Of a stretch of 32,000 nt of DNA, positions 9,649 to 20,381 are shown one piece after another. The DNA lies in the NCBI RefSeq assembly GCF_013177435.1, contig NZ_CP053627.1, forward strand, positions 1,680,001 through 1,712,000. Direction: 5' to 3'. Made by a program: the position numbers and the translations under genes. Source of the stretch: Xylella taiwanensis. Its GTDB lineage: Bacteria; Pseudomonadota; Gammaproteobacteria; Xanthomonadales; Xanthomonadaceae. The notes beneath the pieces are model-generated. The model saw only the letters and a list, made by a program, of their open reading frames with translations. It was not told where the DNA came from and did not search any database. Each line of letters starts with the position of its first letter. Position 1 is the first letter of the stretch.

Positions 9649-11193
9649 ATGAATTCACGTATCCATACACGATGCTGCGGCCTACTTGCCATCACCTTGC
9701 CGTTAGTTGCATGCGGCGCACAACAAAGTCCTCCCCCCCCTCATTCTGCACCATCCACACCCATTGTCACCCGCAATACCACCCCAGCACCGCAGCTCGT
9801 GGCTGGGTTACCCGATTTCACTCAGCTGGTCGACCAGGTGGGACCTGGCGTCGTTAACATTGAGACAGTCATTACCCGTAAGAGAGTCGGGCGACGTGGC
9901 AGCATACCGCTTGACAACGATATACCCGAGTTTTTCCGGCGTTTCTTTGGCCCAGATTTCCAGTTCCCGGACCAACCTCGTGGTGGCCAGGACGACGATG
10001 GGGGTATCGCTGGTCGGGGAATGGGCTCTGGCTTCATTATTTCGCAAGACGGCTACGTACTCACCAACCACCACGTCATCAATGGGGCGAGCGACGTCAC
10101 GGTCAAATTAGCTGATCGCCGCGAGTTCAAGGCAAAAGTCATTGGCAGCGACGAACAGTACGATGTCGCTTTGCTCAAAATCGACGCCAAAAATCTTCCT
10201 ACCGTGCGCACCGGCGACTCAAGTGCGCTTAAACCCGGTCAGTGGGTTGTCGCAATTGGTTCACCCTTCGGGTTGGACCACTCGGTGACTGCAGGTATTG
10301 TCAGTGCACTAGGGCGCAGCACCAGCGATGATCAACGCTATGTACCATTTATCCAAACCGACGTGCCGATTAACCAGGGCAATTCTGGTGGTCCATTGCT
10401 AAATACCCGAGGTGAGGTGGTTGGTATCAACTCACAGATCTTCTCCGCCTCCGGCGGTTACATGGGTATCAGCTTTGCTATTCCGATCAATTTAGCGATC
10501 AATGCTGCCGAACAAATCCGCAAAACAGGCAAGGTACAACGCAGCATGCTCGGTGTGGAAATCGGTCCTATCGATGCACTCAAGGCCCAGGGCTTAGGCT
10601 TGCCAGACAGCCGTGGCGCACTGGTCAATAACATTCCACCTCACAGTCCGGCAGCCAAAGCAGGTATCGAAATCGGTGACGTGATTCGCTCAGTCAACGG
10701 CAAAGCAATCGGTAACTTCAGCGATCTGCCCCCAATGATCGGCATGATGCCACCAGGCACCAAAGTCACCCTGGGTATTATGCGTGACGGCAAACCGCGC
10801 GAGATCGTCGTCACTCTTTCGGCACTCAATCAAGATGCAACAACCAGCGAAGATGAAGACAACATAGGACCTTCCAAGCCAGAAGCATCTGCCAGTGTTG
10901 ACCTGCTCGGCCTGCAGGTCGAAAACCTGAGCGCTGCTGAGCGTGAACGCTTAGCTGCATCACAGTATGGAAAGGGAGGAGTACGTATCACAGCGGTCAC
11001 AGCGCCGTGGGCACGCAACGCCAACCCGCCATTGGTGGAAGGTTTAGTGATCCTACGGATCGGACGTACTCCGGTCACCAATGTGACTGATCTGAATCGT
11101 GTCCTAGCAAATTATAAGAAGGGAGATGTGATCATGCTGCTGGTGACCGGCGGCCGTGGCACCTTCTACAGTGCGCTGAGGGCGGGCGGGTAA
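9649..11193 (+). CDS. mucD: HtrA/DegP-family periplasmic serine protease with two PDZ domains (514 aa)
   Basis: The catalytic triad context is present (TNHHVINGA; DVALLKI; GNSGGPLLN), followed by two PDZ-like regions. An AGGAG lies upstream. The N-terminus ends in LPLVAC, which looks like a lipobox. Confidence 0.9.
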   Translation: MNSRIHTRCCGLLAITLPLVACGAQQSPPPPHSAPSTPIVTRNTTPAPQLVAGLPDFTQLVDQVGPGVVNIETVITRKRVGRRGSIPLDNDIPEFFRRFFGPDFQFPDQPRGGQDDDGGIAGRGMGSGFIISQDGYVLTNHHVINGASDVTVKLADRREFKAKVIGSDEQYDVALLKIDAKNLPTVRTGDSSALKPGQWVVAIGSPFGLDHSVTAGIVSALGRSTSDDQRYVPFIQTDVPINQGNSGGPLLNTRGEVVGINSQIFSASGGYMGISFAIPINLAINAAEQIRKTGKVQRSMLGVEIGPIDALKAQGLGLPDSRGALVNNIPPHSPAAKAGIEIGDVIRSVNGKAIGNFSDLPPMIGMMPPGTKVTLGIMRDGKPREIVVTLSALNQDATTSEDEDNIGPSKPEASASVDLLGLQVENLSAAERERLAASQYGKGGVRITAVTAPWARNANPPLVEGLVILRIGRTPVTNVTDLNRVLANYKKGDVIMLLVTGGRGTFYSALRAGG

Positions 11194-11373
11194 GCAGTGA
11201 CGGCGGGCACACACCGCGTCCGCCAATGAGTCTGACACGTCCCGTCATGCCGAGCCGGCAGCGGGCGTCCAGGCCAGACATCATCATTACTCAAGCGTTC
11301 CTGAGTACGGCCACTTTGAACCATGCCATAATCCCATGTTATCCCGACGATGGTTCCGGCGCCGCACATCTCC

Positions 11374-13182
11374 ATGTCATCTGATCCGATGCGGAACATT
11401 CGCAACTTCTCTATCATTGCCCACGTCGACCACGGCAAATCTACCCTGGCCGACCGCCTCATTCAGTTGTGCGGTGGTCTGGAGGCGCGTGAGATGGAAG
11501 CTCAAGTACTTGACTCCAACCCGATCGAACGGGAACGTGGCATCACGATCAAGGCCCAGTCCGTGTCGCTGTTATACAAAGCGCAGGACGGACAGAACTA
11601 CCATCTGAACTTAATTGACACACCCGGACACGTCGATTTCTCCTACGAAGTCAGCCGCTCGTTAGCAGCCTGCGAAGGCGCATTGCTGGTCGTGGATGCT
11701 TCTCAGGGTGTGGAAGCGCAGTCCGTCGCCAACTGTTACACCGCCGTGGAACAAGGGCTGGAAGTAGTGCCAATTCTGAACAAAATCGACTTACCCACCG
11801 CCGATACCGAGCGTGCCAAGGCAGAAATCGAAGCAGTGATTGGTATTGAAGCCAGCGAAGCAGTGGCAGTGAGTGCCAAGACCGGCCTTTACGTGGAACA
11901 GGTACTGGAAGCCATCGTCCACCGCATCCCAGCACCGCGCCCGCGTGATACTGACAAGTTGCAGGCGCTGATCATCGACTCCTGGTTCGACAACTACCTG
12001 GGTGTGGTTTCACTGGTACGCCTGATGCAGGGTGAGATCGTACCTGGTGCCAAACTGTTAGTGATGTCCACAGGACGCAGCTACCAGGTGGACGCTGTTG
12101 GTGTATTCACACCTAAGCGCAAGGTACTGACAAAGCTGACTGCCGGTGAAGTGGGTTGGGTCACCGCATCGATCAAGGATGTACACGGTGCACCGGTCGG
12201 CGACACACTGACGCTTGCCAGCGATCCGGCAGCCAAAGCGCTGCCAGGTTTCCAGGAAATGCAACCACGCGTGTTTGCCGGCTTGTTTCCAGTCAATGCC
12301 GAAGACTATCCGAACCTACGCGAGGCACTGGAAAAGCTGCGCCTGAACGATGCCGCACTACGCTTCGAACCTGAGAATTCAGAGGCAATGGGCTTTGGTT
12401 TCCGTTGCGGCTTTCTAGGCATGCTGCACATGGAAATCGTACAAGAGCGTCTGGAACGCGAGTACGATCTGCACCTCATCACCACTGCGCCAACCGTGAT
12501 CTATGAAGTACTTAAGACCGACGGCAATGTGATGGCCATGGACAACCCAGCAAAGATGCCTGCGATCAATCAAATCGACGAGATCCGCGAGCCGATTATC
12601 CGTTCCAATATCCTGACTCCACCAGACTATGTGGGCGCAGTGATCACACTGTGCGAGGAAAAGCGTGGCAACCAAATCGGTATCACCTACTTAGGAAGTC
12701 AAGTCCAGGTTGCCTACGAGCTGCCAATGGCCGAGGTTGTGTTGGATTTTTTCGATAAACTTAAGTCGGTCAGTCGTGGCTATGCCTCATTGGATTACCA
12801 CTTCGTACGCTTCCAAGAAGGACCATTTGTTCGGGTGGACACACTGATCAATGGTGACCGAGTCGACGCACTGAGCATCATTGTGCATCGTCATCAGGCG
12901 GAGCGTCGGGGTCGCGAATTGTGCGAGAAGATGAAAGACTTGATCCCGCGGCAGATGTTTGACGTGGCAATCCAGGCCGCTATAGGGTCGCAAATCATTT
13001 CACGCTCGACAGTCAAGGCGATGCGAAAAAACGTGCTGGCTAAATGCTACGGTGGGGATGTCAGTCGTAAGAAAAAACTGCTCGAGAAGCAGAAAGAAGG
13101 CAAGAAGCGGATGAAACAAATCGGTCGGGTGGAGATCCCGCAAGAAGCATTTTTGGCCGTACTGCAGATAGACAACAAGTAA
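11374..13182 (+). CDS. lepA: Translation elongation factor 4 (LepA)
   Basis: The GTPase motifs are [15 protein letters not shown] and NKID, and the LepA C-terminal domain ends …[15 protein letters not shown]. The track ORF begins at 11350. I prefer the in-frame ATG at 11374 ([23 protein letters not shown]), which gives about 602 aa. Confidence 0.95.
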   Translation: MSSDPMRNIRNFSIIAHVDHGKSTLADRLIQLCGGLEAREMEAQVLDSNPIERERGITIKAQSVSLLYKAQDGQNYHLNLIDTPGHVDFSYEVSRSLAACEGALLVVDASQGVEAQSVANCYTAVEQGLEVVPILNKIDLPTADTERAKAEIEAVIGIEASEAVAVSAKTGLYVEQVLEAIVHRIPAPRPRDTDKLQALIIDSWFDNYLGVVSLVRLMQGEIVPGAKLLVMSTGRSYQVDAVGVFTPKRKVLTKLTAGEVGWVTASIKDVHGAPVGDTLTLASDPAAKALPGFQEMQPRVFAGLFPVNAEDYPNLREALEKLRLNDAALRFEPENSEAMGFGFRCGFLGMLHMEIVQERLEREYDLHLITTAPTVIYEVLKTDGNVMAMDNPAKMPAINQIDEIREPIIRSNILTPPDYVGAVITLCEEKRGNQIGITYLGSQVQVAYELPMAEVVLDFFDKLKSVSRGYASLDYHFVRFQEGPFVRVDTLINGDRVDALSIIVHRHQAERRGRELCEKMKDLIPRQMFDVAIQAAIGSQIISRSTVKAMRKNVLAKCYGGDVSRKKKLLEKQKEGKKRMKQIGRVEIPQEAFLAVLQIDNK

Positions 13183-13278
13183 GCTGGGCCTGGATCAAGG
13201 GACCAAGCGGCGACGACATTACCAACCAACGTCGTTTCCGCCCCCTTGCACCATTCCCTATTCCCATCGTGTTAAGGA

Positions 13279-14079
13279 ATGCGAATGAAATGGTTTGAAA
13301 TCATCTTAGTAGTACTGACTCTGGGGACAGGCATCATCTCATTGCTGGACAAGCTATTCCTGGCTAAGCGCCGGGCCGCACGCGCCGGCTTGCTTGACAC
13401 CGAACCACCGATCATCGACTACTCTCGTTCATTTTTTCCAGTACTGGCGGCCGTGCTGATCCTGCGCAGCTTCATCGCAGAGCCTTACAAGATCCCCTCA
13501 AGCTCAATGATGCCCAACTTGCTGATTGGCGACTTCATTTTGGTCAATAAGTTCGCTTACGGCCTCCGCATGCCAATCACCAACACCAAAATCATTCCGA
13601 TCGGCAAGCCAAGCCGCGGCGACGTGGCGGTATTCAAGCCACCACACAAGCCTGACGAGAATTGGATCAAACGTGTGATCGGTCTACCAGGGGATCGCAT
13701 CGGCTTCCATGGCGACACGCTGTACATCAACGGAGAAGCCGTTAGATATACGTTAAAAGGGCAGTACACAGGCAAAAATGCTGGCGTACCGGATCCGACT
13801 CTGCTCGTCGAGGAGCTACCAAACCGGCCACACACCATATTGGAATCAATCGGTCGTGGCCGCGAGGAAGGCGAGGGTGACTGGGTGGTACCACCGGGGC
13901 AGTACTTTGTGATGGGCGACAATCGTGACAATAGTGAGGACAGCAGATTCTGGACAAAGACCCATTTTCTTCCAGAACGGAGCCTACGCGGCAAAGCCTT
14001 CCTGATCTGGCTCAACTGCGAAAACTGGTTCTGTAAAGGAAGCTTTGATCCATCGAGAATCGGCACCGTGATTCATTGA
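13279..14079 (+). CDS. lepB: Signal peptidase I (266 aa)
   Basis: An N-terminal transmembrane segment is followed by the catalytic Ser box (IPSSSMMPNL), the Lys box (WIKRVIGLPGD) and GDNRDNSEDSRFW. A second ATG at 13285 is better spaced from the AAGGA at 13274-13278. Confidence 0.9.
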   Translation: MRMKWFEIILVVLTLGTGIISLLDKLFLAKRRAARAGLLDTEPPIIDYSRSFFPVLAAVLILRSFIAEPYKIPSSSMMPNLLIGDFILVNKFAYGLRMPITNTKIIPIGKPSRGDVAVFKPPHKPDENWIKRVIGLPGDRIGFHGDTLYINGEAVRYTLKGQYTGKNAGVPDPTLLVEELPNRPHTILESIGRGREEGEGDWVVPPGQYFVMGDNRDNSEDSRFWTKTHFLPERSLRGKAFLIWLNCENWFCKGSFDPSRIGTVIH

Positions 14080-14086
14080 ATGAAAG

Positions 14087-14475
14087 TTGCTCCCTACCAG
14101 GGGAATTCTAGTGAGGCACGTGCAGTATGACCTGACACTGAGATCTGTCTTGATTGTGACGACTGTCTTCTTTTTTGCATTGCATATCGCTATAAATGTG
14201 TTTTCGATTTACCAGGAATACAACTCCATCAAGAATGCCATGAAGAGCTTGGCAGTAGCGATGCAGATCCCGCCACACTGGAAGAATTGTTGCTAAAGCG
14301 ACTCAGTGTCGACTCTTCGCAAAATGTAAAGAAAGAAAACATCAAGTTTGAAAGAATCAAAGATGGCTGGAAGATGAAGGTCAACTATGGAATCGTCCGC
14401 AAGCGCATTGGAAATCTCCACGTAATCGGCACATTCGATACCGAGCAGGACTTGACATCAAGTGCTATCAAGTAA
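14087..14475 (+). pseudogene. DUF4845-like small membrane protein split by a frameshift
   Basis: Two overlapping track ORFs (14087-14296 and 14287-14475) occupy the slot between lepB and rnc, where gammaproteobacteria usually carry one gene of about 120 aa with an N-terminal transmembrane segment. Part 1 has the transmembrane segment plus …FSIYQEYNSIKNAMKSLAV. Part 2, in the other frame, continues DPATLEELLLKRLSVDSSQNVKKENIKFERIKDGWKMKVNYG…. The frame switch must fall at about 14250-14270. Confidence 0.55.
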
Positions 14476-15145
14476 GACAAGCGACTACGAACATCGGATC
14501 GGCCATGTGTTTACCGATCCGTCTCTGTTTCTGCAAGCACTGCGTCACTGCAGCGCTGGTACCCCACACAATGAACGCCTGGAGTTCCTCGGCGACAGCG
14601 TGATTAATTTTCTGATCGCCGAGGCACTTTTCCAGCGCTGGCCACGTGCCGACGAGGGAGCACTGACTCGAGCTCGTGCCGAACTGGTACGTGAGACATC
14701 TTTGGCCTCGATTGCGCGCACCATACAGTTGGGCGAACAGCTCACACTTGGACCCGGAGAACTCAAATCTGGTGGACACCGCCGCGACTCAATCCTCGCC
14801 GACGCGGTGGAGGCAGTGATTGCAGCGATTTATCTCGACGCCGGGTTAGAAACTTGCCGTACTGTGGTGTTACCGTGGTTCGAGGCAGCACTCACGGCAT
14901 TGCCCGTCGGCAAACCCGAGAAGGACCCAAAGACTCGGCTCCAGGAATGGTTGCAGGCACGCCAGTGGTCGTTACCAGTATATGAATTGACTTTCGAGAG
15001 CGGTGACCCTCACGCCAAGCACTTCCGGGTGAGTTGTACTCTGTGTGAGTTGGAGCTGCGCACCGAGGGTGAAGGCAGCTCACGCCGCCTTGCTGAACAA
15101 GACGCTGCCGCTCACGCCATCTACCAACTGGATTCAAACAAGTGA
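14462..15145 (+). CDS. rnc: Ribonuclease III (227 aa, GTG start)
   Basis: The RNase III signature is [21 protein letters not shown], and a dsRBD C-terminus (…[11 protein letters not shown]…FRVSC…[17 protein letters not shown]) is present. The stop overlaps the era start as GTGA at 15142-15145. Confidence 0.9.
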   Translation: MLSSKTSDYEHRIGHVFTDPSLFLQALRHCSAGTPHNERLEFLGDSVINFLIAEALFQRWPRADEGALTRARAELVRETSLASIARTIQLGEQLTLGPGELKSGGHRRDSILADAVEAVIAAIYLDAGLETCRTVVLPWFEAALTALPVGKPEKDPKTRLQEWLQARQWSLPVYELTFESGDPHAKHFRVSCTLCELELRTEGEGSSRRLAEQDAAAHAIYQLDSNK

Positions 15146-16038
15146 CCCAGGCTTCTCCGTATCGTTGCGGCAGCATCGCTGTGATCGGCCGCCCCAACGT
15201 CGGCAAGTCCACACTCACCAACGCACTGGTCGGAACCAAAATCAGCATCGTCTCCAACCGCCCACAAACGACTCGGCACCGTTTGCTTGGCATCGCCACC
15301 TTTCCTGAAGGCCAAATCATGCTGGTCGACACACCGGGTTTACACTGCGAGCAAAAGCGTGCGATGAACCGGTTCATGAACAGAACCGCACGCGGTTCAC
15401 TTGAGGACGTGGATGCAGCACTCCTGGTGACCGAACCCACTGACTGGAACGAGGAAGACACACTGGCTTACAACGTACTCAATGACACTGGTATCCCTGT
15501 CGTACTCGTCATCAACAAAGTCGACCGTCTCAAAGACAAGAGCGCATTGTTACCGTTCCTCACGCGTGTCAACGAGAACTACACGTTCACCGCAATACAT
15601 CCGGTTTCAGCACTCAAACGCAAGGGCTTGGAAGCCCTGGTACGCGACCTGCTCAAACTGTTGCCCGAGGGCGAGCCAATGTTCAGCGAAGACGAGATCA
15701 CCGACCGGAGTCAGCGCTTCCTGGCCAGCGAACTAGTTCGCGAGCAAATAATGCGCCAGCTTGGTGAGGAATTGCCCTACGCAACTACCGTAGAAATCGA
15801 ATACTTCACCGAAAATGCTGGGTTGTTACGCATTGGTGCACTGATCTGGGTTGAACGCGAAAGTCAGAAAGCGATCGTCATCGGCAAAGGGGGTGCCCGA
15901 CTGAAAGACATCGGCGCTAAAGCACGGCAACAGATGGAACGCTTATTCGAAGCCAAAGTATTCCTCGAAACCTGGGTGCGTGTACGTAAAGGCTGGTCCG
16001 ACGACGAAGCAACACTAAAAACATTTGGCTACGAATAA
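15142..16038 (+). CDS. era: GTPase Era (298 aa)
   Basis: G1 (GRPNVGKST), G3 (DTPG) and G4 (NKVD) are present, and the C-terminus is a KH domain (…[18 protein letters not shown]…). Confidence 0.95.
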   Translation: MTQASPYRCGSIAVIGRPNVGKSTLTNALVGTKISIVSNRPQTTRHRLLGIATFPEGQIMLVDTPGLHCEQKRAMNRFMNRTARGSLEDVDAALLVTEPTDWNEEDTLAYNVLNDTGIPVVLVINKVDRLKDKSALLPFLTRVNENYTFTAIHPVSALKRKGLEALVRDLLKLLPEGEPMFSEDEITDRSQRFLASELVREQIMRQLGEELPYATTVEIEYFTENAGLLRIGALIWVERESQKAIVIGKGGARLKDIGAKARQQMERLFEAKVFLETWVRVRKGWSDDEATLKTFGYE

Positions 16039-16257
16039 CCTCACTTCATCCGATCGAATCGCAAATGCCTGCCAATCCCATGCAAGCCACATCACAAGTT
16101 ACGGTTTGAATCCACCCAATGTGGCCCATCTTTGCGTTCCGTTTTGCTCCACCCGGATAACGCCTGCTTACGCGCGGCGCATACGCGATGGCAGTGCTTA
16201 CAATGCCCAAACAGGGTCGCAAGACGCTCATAACCGCTTGGGTATCCCCTTTCTCTT

Positions 16258-17004
16258 ATGCTCATCGAAAATGAAGTCGCCTTCGTTCTGCACGTGCGCC
16301 CCTGGCGCGAGACTAGTTTGCTAGTCGAAGTACTGACCCAGGCCTATGGGCGCCTGGGTCTGATCGCACGTGGTGTACAGGGACTGAAAAAACAGGCACT
16401 GCGTGCAGCGTTGCAACCGTTACAGTGGATCCGATTCAGTGCGATGCAACGTGGCGAGCTTGGCCAGTTGCGCCAAGCCGAAGCGCTAGACACCGCCCCA
16501 CGCCTGAAAGGCGAAGCCATGTTGGCCAGTTTCTACATTAACGAATTGCTATTGCGCTTGGTGCCTCGTCACGCTCCAGTCAGCGAGTTGTATCTGGCCT
16601 ATGCGCAGACACGGGAACGCCTGCGCACCCATGACTCCTTAGCGTGGTCACTGCGCCGTTTCGAACACGACGTACTCGAAACACTGGGCGTCGGTTTCAA
16701 CCTGGAATGCGATGCAGACGGTACACCTTTGGATCCCGCCGCCCGCTATTGGCTCGACCCATTGGAAGGACCACGCCGTTTGCTTAGCGAACGCAGTAAC
16801 GCTGACCGACGCGACACTGCCACCGGACACGTACTCCTGGCATTGAGCCGGAACCAGATACCGAACAACGATGATTTGGCTGGTCTACGCCGCAGCATGC
16901 GTACAGTGCTGTTGCACCACCTGGGTGGCCGTGGCCTGAAATCCTGGGAAATGATCGATACATTCGGACGCATCACGGTAAATCTCGAATCGCCAAAGCC
17001 CTGA
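16258..17004 (+). CDS. recO: DNA repair protein RecO (248 aa)
   Basis: The gene follows era in the conserved order. The N-terminal OB-fold region ([32 protein letters not shown]) is typical of RecO. Confidence 0.85.
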   Translation: MLIENEVAFVLHVRPWRETSLLVEVLTQAYGRLGLIARGVQGLKKQALRAALQPLQWIRFSAMQRGELGQLRQAEALDTAPRLKGEAMLASFYINELLLRLVPRHAPVSELYLAYAQTRERLRTHDSLAWSLRRFEHDVLETLGVGFNLECDADGTPLDPAARYWLDPLEGPRRLLSERSNADRRDTATGHVLLALSRNQIPNNDDLAGLRRSMRTVLLHHLGGRGLKSWEMIDTFGRITVNLESPKP

Positions 17005-17112
17005 ACAGGGCTCCACACGTGTACTCACACAACCACGCTGCGCAGCCATTCTGGATTGTTGGATACATGTGATCGTCCAGTGGCTCAATCCAGATATGAA
17101 ACAGCACTGACC

Positions 17113-19020
17113 TCAACTTACCGCACTGAGTGGAGGCTGCTGCGCTACCAAATCAGGCCAGCGGCTTAGCAAGGCGGCATGCAAGCCAGTCGCATCAATA
17201 CCAGCTTCAGCCAGCAAATCCTCACGACCAGCATGCTGCTGGAACGCATCGGGAAGCCCCAGATGCAAGATCGGCAGGGTGATGCTTGCAGCGTTGAGCA
17301 GTTCAGCGACCCCCGAACCAGCCCCACCAGCAACCACGTTGTCTTCGATCGTGACAAACCCTTCGTGGGTACGCGCCAGATCCAACAACAGCGTTCGATC
17401 CAGCGGTTTGATGAAACGCATATTGACCACAGTCAAGCCAAGTGTGCGCCCTACCTGTTCAGCAGGGGCAACGCACGCACCAAAACCGAGTAGCGCGATC
17501 CGCGCACCAAGGTGACGCACCTGCGCCACACCAATCGGCAACATATCCAACTCAGCCAACGGCATCACTCCAGGACCCGTACCACGCGGATAACGCACCG
17601 CCGCTGGTCCCGAATAGTACAAGCCAGTGGTTAACATCTGTCGGCACTCTGCCTCATCGGCGGGAGCCATCAACACCATGTTTGGCACACAACGCAGGAA
17701 ACTGAGATCCAAATGACCTGCATGCGTCGCACCATCCGGGCCAACCACACCACCGCGATCCACTGCAAACAGCACATCCAACTTCTGCAACGCAACATCG
17801 TGGACCAATTGATCGTAACCACGTTGCAGAAAAGTCGAGTAAATCGCCACCACAGGCTTGGCGCCCTGAGTGGCCATCCCAGCCGCCAGTGTTATCGCGT
17901 GCTGCTCGGCAATCGCCACATCAAAATAGCGCTGCGGATACTCCTGACTGAAACGCACCAACCCCGATCCCTCACGCATGGCTGGCGTAATGCCAAGCAA
18001 GCGCGGTTCAACGGCGGCCATATCACACAACCACTCACTAAACACGTCCGTATACGTTGGCTTCTTTGTTCCCGCCTTGCTCAACCCCTTTTGCGGATCG
18101 AACGGACCGACAGCGTGATAACCAATCTGATCTCCCTCAGCCAGTTCGTAGCCCTTACCTTTGGTGGTGATCACATGCAATAGTTGTGGGCCCTTCAATG
18201 TACGTAGCGTCTTCAACGCACCCAAGAGCGCCGGCAAATCATGACCATCGATTGGGCCGGTATAGTGAAACCCCATCTCTTCGAACAGGGTGGACGGCAC
18301 AAACATACCCTTCCAATGCTCCTCCCAGCGACGTAAAAAGCGCGCGGTCGCATTGGTTTTCTTGTCCCCCAGAATCTTCTTACCACCTTCACGGATTGCA
18401 TTGAATGTCTTGCTGCCAGTCGCACGACCAAGCATCTTGGTAAGCCCACCAACCGCTTCGGAAATCGACATGCGGTTGTCATTGAGGATCACCAACACAT
18501 TCGGTTCGGGAGTCATGCCACCGGCGTGATTCAGCGCTTCATAAGCCATCCCCGCGGTCATCGCACCATCACCGATGATGGCCACTACCTTGCGGTCATC
18601 ACCATTACGCTGTGCCACGATCGCCATCCCAAGCGCAGCCGAGATCGAAGTTGAGGAGTGACCGACACCAAAGGTGTCATAGACGCTTTCCTCGCGCTTT
18701 GGAAACGGTGCCAAACCACCTTTCTGCTTGACTGTGCTGATCTGGTCACGGCGACCGGTCAATATCTTGTGTGGATAGGTTTGGTGACCCACATCCCAGA
18801 TAAGTTGATCAACAGGAGTGTGGTACAGATAATGCAAGGCAATCGTCAATTCAATGACACCCAGGCCAGCAGCAAAATGACCGCCGCTGCGCCCTACTGA
18901 TTCGATCAGATAATCCCGCAACTCATCGGCAACCGCACGTAACTCCGTCTCCTCGAACGTGCGGAGATCATCTGGAGTCTGGATACGCGACAAACGTGAA
19001 TAACGGGCGGAATCAATCAT
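17113..19020 (-). CDS. dxs: 1-deoxy-D-xylulose-5-phosphate synthase (about 635 aa)
   Basis: The motifs are [18 protein letters not shown], the TPP-binding [18 protein letters not shown], and a transketolase-like C-terminal half. The track ORF extends to 19092. The conserved N-terminus starts at [19 protein letters not shown], which is the ATG at 19020. Confidence 0.95.
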   Translation of the reverse strand: MIDSARYSRLSRIQTPDDLRTFEETELRAVADELRDYLIESVGRSGGHFAAGLGVIELTIALHYLYHTPVDQLIWDVGHQTYPHKILTGRRDQISTVKQKGGLAPFPKREESVYDTFGVGHSSTSISAALGMAIVAQRNGDDRKVVAIIGDGAMTAGMAYEALNHAGGMTPEPNVLVILNDNRMSISEAVGGLTKMLGRATGSKTFNAIREGGKKILGDKKTNATARFLRRWEEHWKGMFVPSTLFEEMGFHYTGPIDGHDLPALLGALKTLRTLKGPQLLHVITTKGKGYELAEGDQIGYHAVGPFDPQKGLSKAGTKKPTYTDVFSEWLCDMAAVEPRLLGITPAMREGSGLVRFSQEYPQRYFDVAIAEQHAITLAAGMATQGAKPVVAIYSTFLQRGYDQLVHDVALQKLDVLFAVDRGGVVGPDGATHAGHLDLSFLRCVPNMVLMAPADEAECRQMLTTGLYYSGPAAVRYPRGTGPGVMPLAELDMLPIGVAQVRHLGARIALLGFGACVAPAEQVGRTLGLTVVNMRFIKPLDRTLLLDLARTHEGFVTIEDNVVAGGAGSGVAELLNAASITLPILHLGLPDAFQQHAGREDLLAEAGIDATGLHAALLSRWPDLVAQQPPLSAVS

Positions 19021-20381
19021 CGTCTTGGTATTCCAGCGGAAACAATATTGTCCTCCCCATATGGAACCCGAGCAAGCAATGCCGTCAAGCATGAGAATGG
19101 CATTGATTGCTTCTTATTGCCGGACAACAGCGCTTTGAAAATAACCGTATCCCTATCCGCCACTATCCATGTTGAAAACCTTCCCACTTTCGACAAACCA
19201 CTCTCTATCGGATCGATTCCATCAACTGAACATCACACCCACTCTGCCTAGTTTGGGTTTCTTGGAAAACCTTTCGAGAGCAAGTCCAGAGAAATCAATA
19301 AGAGACCAGCATATGACCCTCATGGCTTGAATATCCAAGAAACATCCCGGCAACAGTGGATATCACTCGACATGACTGACGCACTTTCAAAAGATGACAG
19401 CGTCAACAACATTATCTTGAGTTCTTCAATACCTTCCGCAAACAACTCACACTCTGTATCAGGAAATCGTGCAACCAAGCTTAGATATTGGATAGTGGGA
19501 TATCACTGTTGCGAACTCATATAACGTACCGTTGGCAACCCCTTCGATACGTTCCAAGCAAGCATTGTGCCAAGGTGTTCGCAGGCTCATGGGATCATAA
19601 CGAGATGTCCCTAGCATTGGCCGTCAATATGCATGCCCAAACCGGACGTTTAGACATCCAGTGACGACACCACATCGACATCCCCATAGTGCGCCTGCGG
19701 CACGTTCGACAGATGTGACGACCACTGCACTGCAACCACCACATCATCAAATCACGATAGACAGTGCACCTTACCCACACTGAAAATGCTTCAACCGATA
19801 CCACTTAACAGTACACACCACCTGGGTACAAATCGCATTCGTACATGATGAATACATAAAGTTGCAGTCCTCTCTTATCCACGTCTGGACAGTTCACACT
19901 GAAAGTCTCTATGGATATCCACCGGCCTATCACCCCCACAGTGATGTCTACCCCACTGGCCTTCACCGACTTCATGGAACGCCTCTTCGACACTGACAAT
20001 CACCACAAGGACATAGATAGATACCAATACTCACAGCGTCCAATGCGGCATGATCAGCAACACAGCAACATTGAATGATCAACTCATTGATGAGCATCGA
20101 GACATGCAACACACACTCCGTTTGCTGCAACTGTGGTTCCTCAATACTTCGGATATAACCAACGACTCGCATTGATCGATGCTTGTTGCTGACTCAAGTA
20201 ATCAGTACCGAGGTCACCATCAATCCATTGGGCTCAACAGACAGCACAAAGCATGGCTTGCATCACAATTTCTGCATCGACATGCTTCGATGATCGCAGC
20301 GTTGCTCATTGCTCCACTTCAAATACCAAAACGCCGCACCTCGGCAACCGAGGGCGCGAACGTTCCATAGCCTCCCCCCTT

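Noticed and set aside
11350-11373. Upstream ATG for lepA
   Set aside because: Use of this ATG is possible. The downstream ATG gives the usual length of about 600 aa and a typical N-terminus, so it is recorded only as an alternative start.
13557-14066. 169-aa minus-strand ORF opposite lepB, and the 71-aa ORF at 13742-13957
   Set aside because: Both lie entirely antisense to signal peptidase I. They are Ser/Pro/Arg-rich with no ribosome-binding site, so I treat them as shadow ORFs.
14892-15461. 189-aa minus-strand ORF spanning the rnc/era junction
   Set aside because: It is antisense to two conserved, translationally coupled genes, and its composition is implausible.
17713-18183. 156-aa + ORF, together with the other + ORFs at 17179-18900 inside dxs
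   Set aside because: All are antisense to dxs. They are Arg/His/Leu-rich with no motifs.
19021-19092. 24-codon N-terminal extension of dxs ([24 protein letters not shown])
   Set aside because: The conserved Dxs N-terminus begins at MIDSARYS…, and the extension has no counterpart in the family as I know it.
3211-19551. The peptide word RIEGV(N) encoded on the minus strand in two deserts (3211-3228 and 19531-19551), resembling the island's RIEGLN transposase-like motif. I considered it as evidence that the deserts are decayed IS copies
   Set aside because: A shared 5-residue word among about 10^4 six-frame codon positions is expected by chance many times over, and the flanking residues do not continue the transposase motif.
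19595-19999. Two adjacent minus-strand ORFs forming one frame interrupted by TAA at 19805-19807, as a possible nonsense-mutated gene
   Set aside because: The combined translation is Cys/Trp/Arg/Met-rich and not protein-like. It is more likely a chance frame in G+T-rich (minus-strand) DNA.
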